DNA of 26,577 bases. Origin: Prasinococcaceae sp. CCMP 1430. Taxonomy: Eukaryota > Plantae > Prasinodermophyta. Position 1 is the stretch's first letter, and every line of letters begins with the position of its first letter. The stretch covers positions 13,244 through 39,820 of the forward strand of contig RQSC01000440.1 in NCBI GenBank assembly GCA_013416795.1, read 5' to 3'. The translations under genes and the position numbers were made by a program. The notes beneath the pieces were generated by a model. The model saw only the letters and a list, made by a program, of their open reading frames with translations. It did not search any database and was not told the DNA's origin. Positions 17,044 through 26,577 of the stretch are shown in pieces.

Positions 17044-19622
17044 TCAGTGCACTGCGGGCATGCCGTCGAAGCCGTCCACGTCGCTCTCCCCGGCCGCCCA
17101 TCGGAAGTGGAAGTTGAGTTCCACGGCACCGCCCGACGCGTGCTGGATCGAGATGACGAACGGCTGCGTCGGGTGGAAGATGTAGCCGCCGAGCGCTTTG
17201 CAGCGCGTGGTATTGACCATGATGACGTCACCGCGTGCGCCGACGCCTTCGTTCTCCACGCCGGCGGCCGACCACGCGCGCACGCCGCCGCAGCTGCCCG
17301 CGCCGATGCGAAAGGCAACTGCCCGCACGTCCGCACGCAGCTGGAAGCGCACCGAGTGGTCCTGGCCCGGCCGTGGCCTGTCCTGCGGCATGAGCACGAG
17401 GCGCTCGTCGTAACGGAACAGGCGAGAGTCGAGATAGGGCGAAGGAGTGCAGCACGGTGTCGGCGCCGGCAGCGAGCCCAGCGCCCGTCGGACGACCAAT
17501 GATGCTACCTGCCAGCTGCCATGGTGCGACGAGGCGTTGCGCCCCGCCGCGAGCAAGCCGGCGGCGGCGGCAGTGCTCGTGACGCTCTCCCCTCGTCCCG
17601 TGTTGACGCCGCTCGGCGCCGCCATCGACCCGCCAGAGCCCAGCGTGCCCGCCCCCGCGAACGGCGGCGGCGCTAACGTGGCGGTGCTCGTACCCAATGA
17701 TGTTGTTGTCCCCGCGCGTGCCTGTGTGCCACCCTGCGCGCCGACTCCCTGCGCGGCCCCACTGGTGCCGCCATCCTGCACACTAGCGCCGCTGCCGCCC
17801 TGGGCCAGCCCCACGCCGAGGCCGCTCTGCATGACCGCCGAGCGGCGCATGCGCCTGAGTGCAAGCTTCGAGTGCTCGCAATTCGCCACGCTCGAGGCAT
17901 AGCGCGCAAGCCTGCCGCGACCAGCGAAGTGGTCGCAAAACGCCTCCACGAGCTGGTGCAGCTGCTCGTCGGTGCCTTGGCGCACGTCGACCACGTGCGC
18001 AGCCACGAAGTCGAACACGACGAAGAAGATGCCCCCCGAGTGCACCTGCGCCGCGTCGTGCGACGTCAGCGCGCCGCCGGGCGTGAGGGCGTCCGCGCGC
18101 CCCAGCCGCAACAGCAGGTGCCGGGAGTCAAGGAGCTGCGCACGGTGCAGCACAAGGCCCTCAAAGTCCTCAAAGTGGCAGTAGAAGCGCTCCAGCTTGT
18201 CCACGCGAGCGGCGTCGCCCGCGCCGGTGTTTGCCATCAGCTGGCGGTAGAGGAAGGACAGCAGGCGCTGGTGAAGGCCATCAAGCAGGCCAGGTGCGCG
18301 GTGGCGCTGGACCCCGCCGATGTGTTCGCCATCGGTCCTGGTGCCGTCGACGTCGGTGTCACCTTGACCGCCGCCGTCGCCACCGCCGGCTTCGGCACCG
18401 CCACCGCCAGCCGGCGCGCGTGCGCCCTGGCGCTGGGGCTGCGGTTGTGCCTGCGCGCGTGTGCCATGTGTGTTTGTGTATGCGCGCGCGTGCGTTCGCG
18501 CGCGCGCGTGCGTGCTCGGGTTCGGGAGCAGACCGGTGGGCGTTCCCTCGCCCGCGCCCGCCGCGTCTGCGGCTGTGGCCGCAGCCGCAGCCGCGGTGAC
18601 GCCCGCGTAGGTTGGCACATCTCTGTCCGGCTCGACGTCGGTGTCCGCGACGCCTTGTTCCGCCTTCCACCGCGCCTCGGCAGCGTCGGCGGCGCCAAGC
18701 ACGAGGCCGTCGTCCTCGAAGAGGGTCGGCCCGAGCGCTCGCGCCCGCAGCAGCCGCCCCTCGCCCTCCTGCACGTGAAAGATGTGCACCGCCTGGGAGC
18801 GCACGCCCAGCACGGCCAGCAGGTTCCGCTCGTCGAGCAGGCTCGCGCACGCATTGTTGTGCAGCACGAGGAAGTCGCCGTCGAAGCGCGCGCTGTCGAG
18901 CAGGCGCCCGTCGGCGAGGCGCACCAGGTGCAGCGCGCAGGAGTCGAGCACGGGCACCGAGCGCGTCACCGCCGGGGACGTGTGCGCCGTCGCGGCCGAC
19001 GACGGCGCGCTCGCCGCCTCGAACCCTCGCCCATCGCCGGCTGCCGCGGCTCCCGACGAGTCATCGGCCTCGTGCGGCAGGCGCGGCGCTGAGGCGGACG
19101 CGAAGAGCGCCAGGCGACCGCCACAACACGGCACGAAGAAGTCGCGGCAGAGGCGCTCGCCGGGGGCGCACAGGCCGCGCGCCGCCCACGCGGTGTCAAA
19201 GTATCCCTCGAACGACAGCGGCGGCACGGGCACGGAGGGCTCGGCCGCGAGGCCCCCGGCGGGCGCGCCGTCTGCGGCGGCGGCAGCGCCGCCGACTTCG
19301 GCGGTGCGCTGTCGCTTCCTCGCGCGCTCCGCACCCGCGTTCGGTGGCGCTCGCTCCCCGCGCGTGTGCGCCCACGGCCCTCGAAAGCGGTACGCGACGA
19401 CCGCTGTACGGCTGCGCGAGAAGCCAACGAGCGCGTCGCCCGCCGGCGTGAACGCCACCAGGTGCGCGTCGGGCGCGGACACGCGGCGCACGACCGCGTC
19501 GGGTACGATCTCCTGGTAGAACGAGCGCGCGGCGTTGGCCGCGGCGCCCGAGCGCGCCGGCAGGACCTCGCGCCCCGCGAGCCGCCGGTAGACGTTCTGC
19601 GGGCCAGCCGCCCAGTGCCGCG
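17044..19622 (-). CDS. DET1: DE-ETIOLATED 1 homolog (CUL4-DDB1 adaptor); start in gap
   Basis: N-terminal QNVYRRL...ARSFYQEIVP...PDAHLVAFT..G..LVGFSR; LLAVLGVRSQAVHIF; LHQRLLSFLYR; C-terminal SPYLDSRLFRYDERL...IFHPTQPFVISIQ...NFHFR. All match the DET1 layout, with long low-complexity inserts. Confidence 0.92.
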
Positions 19623-19855
19623 NNNNNNNNNNNNNNNNNNNNNNNNNNNNNNNNNNNNNNNNNNNNNNNNNNNNNNNNNNNNNNNNNNNNNNNNNNNNNN
19701 NNNNNNNNNNNNNNNNNNNNNNNNNNNNNNNNNNNNNNNNNNNNNNNNNNNNNNNNNNNNNNNNNNNNNNNNNNNNNNNNNNNNNNNNNNNNNNNNNNNN
19801 NNNNNNNNNNNNNNNNNNNNNNNNNNNNNNNNNNNNNNNNNNNNNNNNNNNNNNN
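19623..19855. other. Assembly gap (N run)
   Basis: Run of N. Confidence 1.
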
Positions 19856-21374
19856 GCGAGCCCCGCCGACGACCCGCTTCCGGGGGGGACGCGCGCGCGC
19901 GCGCGCGCGCGCGGCGACGCGGCCGCCGACCGAGCAGTGATGGATCTTTTCGATCGGTTGGTTGAGGATGTTTTTTTTTCCCAACGAGGGGGCGGTGGGC
20001 CGCCGGCCGGGTCGTTTTCGGGGTCTATCTGTTGTTGGTTTGGGTGCTGCGTTTCGGAAGGTTTTGGTTTTGGTTTTGGCTTTGGTTTTGGGTGTCGGCC
20101 GGAAGGAAGAAGCGCAGCTTCCGTCGGTCGGTTGTTCGGTGGGTGGCGCCGGCCGGACCCAAAAAAAACAGGGGGGCGACGTGGCGGCTGCTCGGATCAG
20201 AGAGCCACACAGCGCCGCGCGCTCGCTCCGGCCAGCAGCCACGGGCGTCGTTCCGGATCCGACGGGAAAGTCTCCCGTCGAAACCCCGGTGGGCACTCAG
20301 GAAACCCTGGCAACGGCGGCGAGGCCGCCATCGACCCCGGTTTCGCGCCGGGGGTACCGGAGCTAGAGAGGGAGCCCCCCCAAAAAAAGTGGCTTTCAAA
20401 AAAAAAAAAAAAGAGAGGTGCGCGCTTTCGCGGTGCCGTCGCCTCGCCGGCGGCCGCCCGCCGGCGCGCCTTTCGCGCGTCCGTTCCGTCGTTTCCGCGC
20501 GCATCGCGCCGACGTCGCGGAAATGGGGCGGTTTTCAAATGGGGCGTTCGCATCGTGTTCGCACGTGCGAAAGCGGGGCGATGCGTTGCAAACAGGTGGA
20601 AATGCCGCGGAAATGTGCGATTCCGCAAATTCGCGGAGTGGATTTGGCGGCGCGTGGTTTGGGCGATCGGCGCGTGCGGCCACGGCGGCTCGCCGCCGCC
20701 GCCGCGGAGCGCGCGCGAGCCGACGGTGGCCACCACCACCACGAGCACCACCACGAGCACGTGCTACGCGCTGCGACCGCACGCCCCCGTGCCGCCTACC
20801 GCGGCCGCGCCCCCGAGTGCAGCTGCCATGGCCAGCCCTCCGCCGCGGCCCATCGCCCCTCGCTGGTCACCTGCCCCTCCCGGCGGGGCAGAGCGCAGCT
20901 ACTGACTGCGGCGGGAGCCTCCGAGTGGGAGTCCGCAGCACTTGGTGGGCAGCGTCCCGAAGGACGGCGCACCGCAGGCGGCAGGCGGCGCACGCCACGC
21001 GGCCGTCGCGCGGCTCACTCCCACCCTGGCAAGCCGGGTGCGTCCACGCGTCCTGCGGAAGAGGTGTGGCAAGGTGGTGGTGTGTGTGGGGGGGGATGGG
21101 GGCGCCGCGCTCGCGCTGTGGCGCGCGCGCGCCAGATCTACATCTCTGCGCAAGGTCAGCCGAAGAGCGCCCTGCGGGTGCGCGCGAGGTAGGTCAAATC
21201 GAACGCAATCGGTTTTTTTTTTTGCCGCGTGCGTACAAACAGGACGCCACACACCGCGCGCCGCGCGCTCGTGCGCCGCCGCGCCGACCGGACGCGCCCA
21301 GGGGGTGAGCGAATCGATCGCCCTCTCTTCTTCACCCAGGGCCCGCCGCCGACCCCGCCCCCCGCCGCGCCGAG

Positions 21375-22161
21375 ATGCCGGCCGTGATCGATGACCCGGG
21401 CGTGCCCGCGCCGTGGAAGCGCGTCAAGGACGAGGCGTCCGGGTACGAGTACTACTGGAACACGGAGACGCAGGCGACCACGTACGAGCGGCCGACGGCG
21501 GAGACGGTCGCGGCCGCGGCGGCCGCGGAGCGCGGGGATGGCACGTTCGACGACATCGGCCGCGCCGACTACGGCTACGGCGGCAACCTGACGTACGACC
21601 CCAACCAGAAGGTCGCCACGTTCGACGCCGCGCCGCCCGAGCAGCGCACGCTCGAGTACCGCAAGAAGCACGAGATCACCATCACGGGCGGCGGCTGCCC
21701 CGACCCCTTCCTCACCTTCGAGGAGGCGCAGTACCCGCCCGACATCATGGGCGAGATCCAGCGCGCGGGCTTCAAGGAGCCGACGCCCATCCAGGCGCAG
21801 TGCTGGCCGATCGCCATGGCGGGGCGCGACATCGTCGGCGTCGCCAAGACGGGCTCGGGCAAGACGTGCGGCTACCTGCTTCCCGGCCTGATGCACATCC
21901 GCGCGCGCAACAACGACGCTCGCGCCGGCCCGACGGTGCTCATCCTCGCGCCCACGCGCGAGCTCGCCGTGCAGATCAAGGAGGAGGCCGACAAGTTCGG
22001 GTACGCTGCGGGCATCCGGAACACGTGCCTGTACGGCGGCGCGCCCAAGGGGCCGCAGCTGCGCGACCTGCGGATGGGCTGCGCGGTCGTCATCGCCACG
22101 CCCGGCCGCCTCAACGACATGATCGAGAGCAACATGGTGTCCATGCACCAGGTGTCGTACC

Positions 22162-22198
<37 letters not shown>

Positions 22199-23111
22199 CT
22201 TCGAGCCGCAGATCCGCCGCATCATCGCGCGCTGTCCGCTGCAGCGCCACTCGCTCATGTTCACCGCCACGTGGCCCAAGGAGGTGCGCAAGATCGCCGG
22301 CGACTTCACACACCAGCCGCTGCAGGTCAACATCGGCAACCAGAGCAACGCGCTCGTGGCCAACAAGAACATCAGGCAGATCGTCGAGGTGACCGACGGC
22401 TATGACAAGCAGCGCAGGCTCGAGCAGATCGTGCAGGAGCACAACATCAGCCCGGGCAACCTGTGCATCGTCTTCTGCTCCACCAAGCGCATGTGCGACC
22501 AGCTGGGCTACGGCCGCTACGTGTGCCCCTCGGTGACCCTGCACGGCGACAAGTCGCAGGGCGAGCGCGACTACGCCATGGCCATGTTCAAGCAGGGTCG
22601 CTGCCCGCTCATCTTCGCGACGGACGTCGCCGCGCGAGGTCTCGACGTCAAGGACATCACGCTTGTCGTCAACTACGACTTCCCGCAGGGCCTGGAGGAC
22701 TACATCCACCGCATTGGCCGCACGGGCCGCGTGGATCGCAAGGGCACCGCCGTGTCCTTCTTCACGCCCAACGACCACCGCTACGCCAAGCCGCTGGTCA
22801 AGATCATGAGGGACGCCGGTCAGGAGGTGTCGCCGGAGCTCGACCAGATCGCCAACGACCCCTTCAGCTCGATGAAGAAGGGCGGCGGCGGCCGCCGTGG
22901 CGGTGGCGGTCGTGGCGGCGGTGGGCGTGGGGGTGGTTACGGCGGAGGCATGGGCGGCGGGATGGGCGGCTACGGTGGTCCGCCGCCGCAGATGGGTGGC
23001 TACGGCGGTCCCCCGATGGGGGGTGGCGGCTACGGCGGCGGAGGTGGCTACGGGCAGCCACCAATGGGAGGTGGCTATGGTGGCGGAGGCAGGGATCGCG
23101 ACCGTTACTAA
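21375..23111 (+). CDS. DEAD-box RNA helicase, DBP2/p68 subfamily, with N-terminal WW domain (plant RH14/RH40/RH46-like)
   Basis: WW domain PWKRVKD...YYWNTETQATTYERP; Q motif PTPIQAQCWP; AKTGSGKT; PTRELA; TPGRL; DEAD; HGDKSQ; ARGLD; HRIGRTGR; Gly/Tyr- and RGG-rich tail. Intronless. Confidence 0.96.
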
Positions 23112-23708
23112 GGCAGCACCAGCGCTCCGCAGGTGCTCGCGCGTGCAGCGGGTCGTGCGGAGTGCGCGCAGCGGCTAATACATGTACACACACACACACA
23201 CACACACACGTGCGCTACACCATGCACACGACCACACATACTCGACCCTCGACTGTGATACACATTCATTATTTTTTCCGATGAATCTGTGTCAGTGGCG
23301 AGGAGCGAGGACGTGTGGTGTGTGCGTGGTGAGTGCGTGCGTGCGTGCGCATGTGTGTGTGTGCGCGTGTGAACGGCCGCGGCGCGCACTGGCAGGCGCG
23401 TGTCGCGCGCGCGCAGCGCCACAGGCACGGCGAGGGCGTGCGCGCCGGCGCCTGTACCGAGGCCCGCCCGCCGTGAGTCCTCATCGCGAGCCGCAGACTC
23501 GCACTTGCAGCAACGCACAAGGTCCGGCACGGTCAGCTGTATTAACTAACACTAGGCGCCCAGTGCCATCGTGACACGCGCACAACACGCGTGCCGCCCG
23601 CGGAGGGCCACGCGGCTCACTTCGCAGTATCAGCGCACGCGCCCAATATTGCTCATGTAGATACAAGAATTCGTCGAGTTTCCTCTTATCGTCGCATGCG
23701 CCGGTGTG

Positions 23709-25958
23709 TCAGAAGTCTACGGCGTCAGGCACAACACGCCGCTCGGCGCGCTTGCGCGCTCCGCCTTCCCGCGCGGCCCAGCCACTGACGACGCGCGTCG
23801 CGGCGCGCAGAGCGCGTTCCTCCGATGCGAGCGCCGCGGCTGCGTGCGGCGCCCACTCGCACTCGTGCGCGCCGACGCCCGCAAGCGCTTCCCGCGAGGC
23901 CTCGTAGCCGCCGCCATCCAGCAGCCGACGCAGGACGCCTCCGAGACGCGCCGTCGCACGTGCCTCCAGTGCCATCGCCCACGGCTCCTCGCAAGCACAA
24001 AGAGCGCCGATAACGTCGGCCGAGGCCGCGTCCTCCTCGTCGGGGGACGAACCCTCAACAATCCAACCGGCAGCTTTCATCTCGCCTTCGCTTGCCTCCA
24101 ACGCCATGACGTACGCCACGCCTACGTCGTCCGGACCCTCGGCGCCAAGCACGAGCGACGCGCCGCGCAGGCCCGCAGCGGCCACCATGCGCGCGGCGGA
24201 CGCGCAGGCCGGCTCACCAAGCAGCCTTGCCGGCAGCGACAGGCGGTCAGAAGCACTGCTGAGAGCGCCGGCAGTGCCCTCAGCAGCGCGTGCGTCATCT
24301 GCACCCGCGCCCTCGACGAAGCCGTACCGCAAGAAGCTGTCCACCGGCGAGAGCGTCTGTCCAAAGGAGTCGAAGACCTCCTCTCCCTCTTCATAGTCCC
24401 TCGATGCTCGGATAACGGCCGCGCCCACGTCCTCGTCCCACTGCAGGCATGCGCGCTGCTGGCTGCCGGCCTGTGATGAGTGATTCAGCATGTCTGCCAA
24501 TGGGCATAGCGCGAGGGTGGGGCCCTCTTTCGGTAGATCGAGCATGAAAGCGCGGCTGGACACTGCGGCGACCGCGCACAAAGCGGACTCCTCGAGTTCC
24601 TCGGGTGCATGATAGTGCAGGTCGGGTGCAAGCTCGTGCAGCGCTTTCGAGACGAGCTTTGCCATCTGCGAGGCCTCCCGCGCGCGCGCGAGCGCCTCCG
24701 TCCCCAGCATTGTGCGCTCGCCACCGAGCAAGTCCATGAGCTGAGCCTCGCTCGCGAGAAGCGGGTGGCGAGCGCGCAGGTTTGCGTCGGGCGGTAGCAT
24801 GCCGACGTAGGCTGGCAACGAGCTGCGGCCACCCCGCGCGAGCGCATGCTCGTGCACCAGCAACGCTGCCAGCGCGCTCGCCCGGTTGAGACCCTGCGCT
24901 GTCCCCAGTCCGAGCTCGGCAGCGTCCAAAGCCGTGCGCACGCAGGCACGCGGTAGACAAAGGAGTGGCTCGTCCCAGTCGATGTCGTCGAGCGCCACGG
25001 CGCCCCACTCATCCGGCGCCACTCTTCTGAGCTCTATCTTGGACGCCTCGGCGCCCGCGGCCTGAACCTCCTCGAGGAGCGCGCGTGCGCGCTCAGGCGT
25101 GCGCGAGGCATCGCCCTCCGCTGCGTTGATGCCGGTTCGCACGCGGCTCGGCTCCTGCGCACACGAGCGCACGGCGTGCGCGCACGCCTCCTCCCCCCAT
25201 ACGCGCAGCCGCTGCGCGTTGGTGAATCCAATGGTATCCGTGGACAGGCCCTCGCTCGCCCAGCGCTCCTGCGCCTCCAGCACGTCGCCGCTGCGCAGCA
25301 GGTGCACACACGCATGCGGCGCGCGCGTGGCCCACTCTTCGCTCGGCTCCAGGCCGTACTCAGCGTCAGGGTGGAAGGGGACCACCTGTATGTCGAAGCC
25401 GTCCTCACGGTCGGCGATCTCCTGCAGCGGCTGCACGACGCGCTCCATGTAGCCTTCGAAGCCAAGCTCGGCGGCCGCGTCAGGAGGCAGCGCAACCAGC
25501 GTTGTCGCGTGTTCACCGCGGTCCTGAGCGGCCAGAAGTTCAAGCTCTGGGCCCACGGCGGCCACGAGCGCGCGGCCGAGCGCGTCAAGGCGCGCCTCCT
25601 CGCCGCGCGTGCTCCCCCCGAACCCGCGCGCACGACCGCGGGTTCCCCCCTTGCCACCTTTCGCCGCGCTCGCGCCCGCTCCGACATCGACTTCGGCGAG
25701 CTCGACAACGCGCGTGCGCGCGCGTGCGTTCTCGGCAAACGGGCACAGGCCCCGGCCGATGATAACGTCGTCCACCCACCGCGAGACCGCTGCCGCGCGC
25801 GAGCCCCGCGGCGGCCGCGGCGCGAACTCGCCGTCGGCTGCCGCGTGCGTGGCCACACGCCGCCGCAGACGACACGGACGTCGCGGACGCCGCGCGGATG
25901 GCCGCGCACGTGTACCTCCGCATGAGAGCGGCGCGGCGCGCGAGGTCGCGCCCTCCAT
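23709..25958 (-). CDS. DUF1415 + SET-domain (Rubisco LSMT/SETD3-like) fusion protein with a putative plastid transit peptide, 749 aa
   Basis: One uninterrupted ORF from ATG 25958: Arg/Ser/Ala-rich leader; DUF1415-like WVDDVIIGRGLCPFA...FHP...TRAPHACVHLLR...N..RL..WG (~25790-25190); SET-like ...SSRAF...LCPLADMLNHS...GEEVFDSFG...YGFV (~25040-24315); helical C-terminal domain. Confidence 0.82.
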   Translation of the reverse strand: MEGATSRAAPLSCGGTRARPSARRPRRPCRLRRRVATHAAADGEFAPRPPRGSRAAAVSRWVDDVIIGRGLCPFAENARARTRVVELAEVDVGAGASAAKGGKGGTRGRARGFGGSTRGEEARLDALGRALVAAVGPELELLAAQDRGEHATTLVALPPDAAAELGFEGYMERVVQPLQEIADREDGFDIQVVPFHPDAEYGLEPSEEWATRAPHACVHLLRSGDVLEAQERWASEGLSTDTIGFTNAQRLRVWGEEACAHAVRSCAQEPSRVRTGINAAEGDASRTPERARALLEEVQAAGAEASKIELRRVAPDEWGAVALDDIDWDEPLLCLPRACVRTALDAAELGLGTAQGLNRASALAALLVHEHALARGGRSSLPAYVGMLPPDANLRARHPLLASEAQLMDLLGGERTMLGTEALARAREASQMAKLVSKALHELAPDLHYHAPEELEESALCAVAAVSSRAFMLDLPKEGPTLALCPLADMLNHSSQAGSQQRACLQWDEDVGAAVIRASRDYEEGEEVFDSFGQTLSPVDSFLRYGFVEGAGADDARAAEGTAGALSSASDRLSLPARLLGEPACASAARMVAAAGLRGASLVLGAEGPDDVGVAYVMALEASEGEMKAAGWIVEGSSPDEEDAASADVIGALCACEEPWAMALEARATARLGGVLRRLLDGGGYEASREALAGVGAHECEWAPHAAAALASEERALRAATRVVSGWAAREGGARKRAERRVVPDAVDF

Positions 25959-26577
25959 CGACGGCTGGTTTTGCGCGCAGAGGGAGCGAGCGAGCCACGG
26001 AGGGACGCGCCGCCCACTCCACGGGCCGCACAACGGACTTCGCACGCGCGCCGCGCACCCCCCGCCGGCCGGTGCGCCGCGCCGCGCACACCAACCGACG
26101 CGCCCACGACCGCGCCAACCGTCTCTCCGCCCGGCTCCTCCCACGCGCCCCAACCTCCGCGCCCCCTTCCCCCCTCTGGCTCCTCGGCCGATCCCTCAGC
26201 GGGCGGCGTGGCCTTGTGGCCCGCAGGGGCGGGGGGGCGCTCCCGGCACCGCGGTGTGGCCTCGCCTCGGCAACGCGCCGCGCTCCAGCCGCCGCGGCCG
26301 CGCGCCGAGGGGGTTTCGGGAGGGCGCAAACGGTGCGTTTTGACGTGAGCGCGCGTGCGTTGCTCTCAATCCTGTTTCAATCACCCACGGGAGAGTACAT
26401 TTCGAAAACGCGCGCTGACCTGACCGTCGGACCTCCTTTGCAAGTCATTACGTGAATGCATACGTGCGTTTGCATGCGAGCGCATGAGCGCACGCGCGCG
26501 CCCCACACCGCGCGCGTCGTCGAGCGCCCCCACCTGACCCGCCGCCGCCCTGCGTGCGTGCGGGCGGGCGCTCCCTC

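Noticed and set aside
18430-18525. Intron-like CA/CG-rich stretch inside DET1
   Set aside because: It stays in frame, and the obvious donor/acceptor pair shifts into a frame that stops; treated as a low-complexity insert pending RNA-seq.
1439-25958. Apparent chromatin gene cluster (NPL chaperone, MBD4, DET1, SET protein)
   Set aside because: Genes are in mixed orientations and interleaved with unrelated functions; the SET protein looks plastid-targeted; no evidence of co-regulation.
1-26577. Many long overlapping or antisense ORFs in the track (e.g. 962-3409 +, 9853-12030 -, 8350-9837 -, 21156-22778 -, 15480-16697 +)
   Set aside because: Shadow frames of real genes in stop-poor, high-GC DNA; they are Arg/Ala-rich with no family motifs.
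1-26577. CRISPR array, rRNA, snRNA, transposase or reverse transcriptase ORFs
   Set aside because: No repeat-spacer periodicity, no conserved RNA signature and no mobile-element protein motif was found.

Overview
Eukaryotic, very GC- and CpG-rich, gene-dense window from a draft assembly with three N-gaps. Gene content (plastid MinE, DET1, plant-type IPC synthase, AAE17/18-type ligase, WW-DEAD-box helicase, axonemal DRC7) and short GT-AG introns point to an early-diverging green alga; a prasinophyte-grade, Prasinoderma-like organism is a guess. Genes in order: partial hypothetical (+); nucleoplasmin-like acidic histone chaperone (-); MinE (+); small secreted-looking Cys/Lys-rich protein (-); LRR-Kelch-DRC7 (+); MBD4-like glycosylase (-); isolated C-terminal fragment of an AAE17/18-type acyl-activating enzyme (-); IPC synthase (+); DET1 (-); WW-DEAD-box helicase (+); DUF1415-SET fusion (-). 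No operon-like system, CRISPR array, rRNA or tRNA was seen. Best leads: (1) a plastid-targeted-looking DUF1415-SET fusion with Phe in place of the invariant SET tyrosine; (2) an MBD4 glycosylase that keeps an MBD-like domain, unlike land-plant MBD4L; (3) a 5'-truncated AAE whose ATG overlaps the apparent IPCS ATG on the opposite strand at a GCATGC palindrome; (4) a two-module Cys-rich, Lys-rich small protein; (5) a nucleoplasmin protein ending in a LOTUS-like winged helix; (6) a 16-copy GTAC cluster. All family calls come from remembered motifs; no database search was run.
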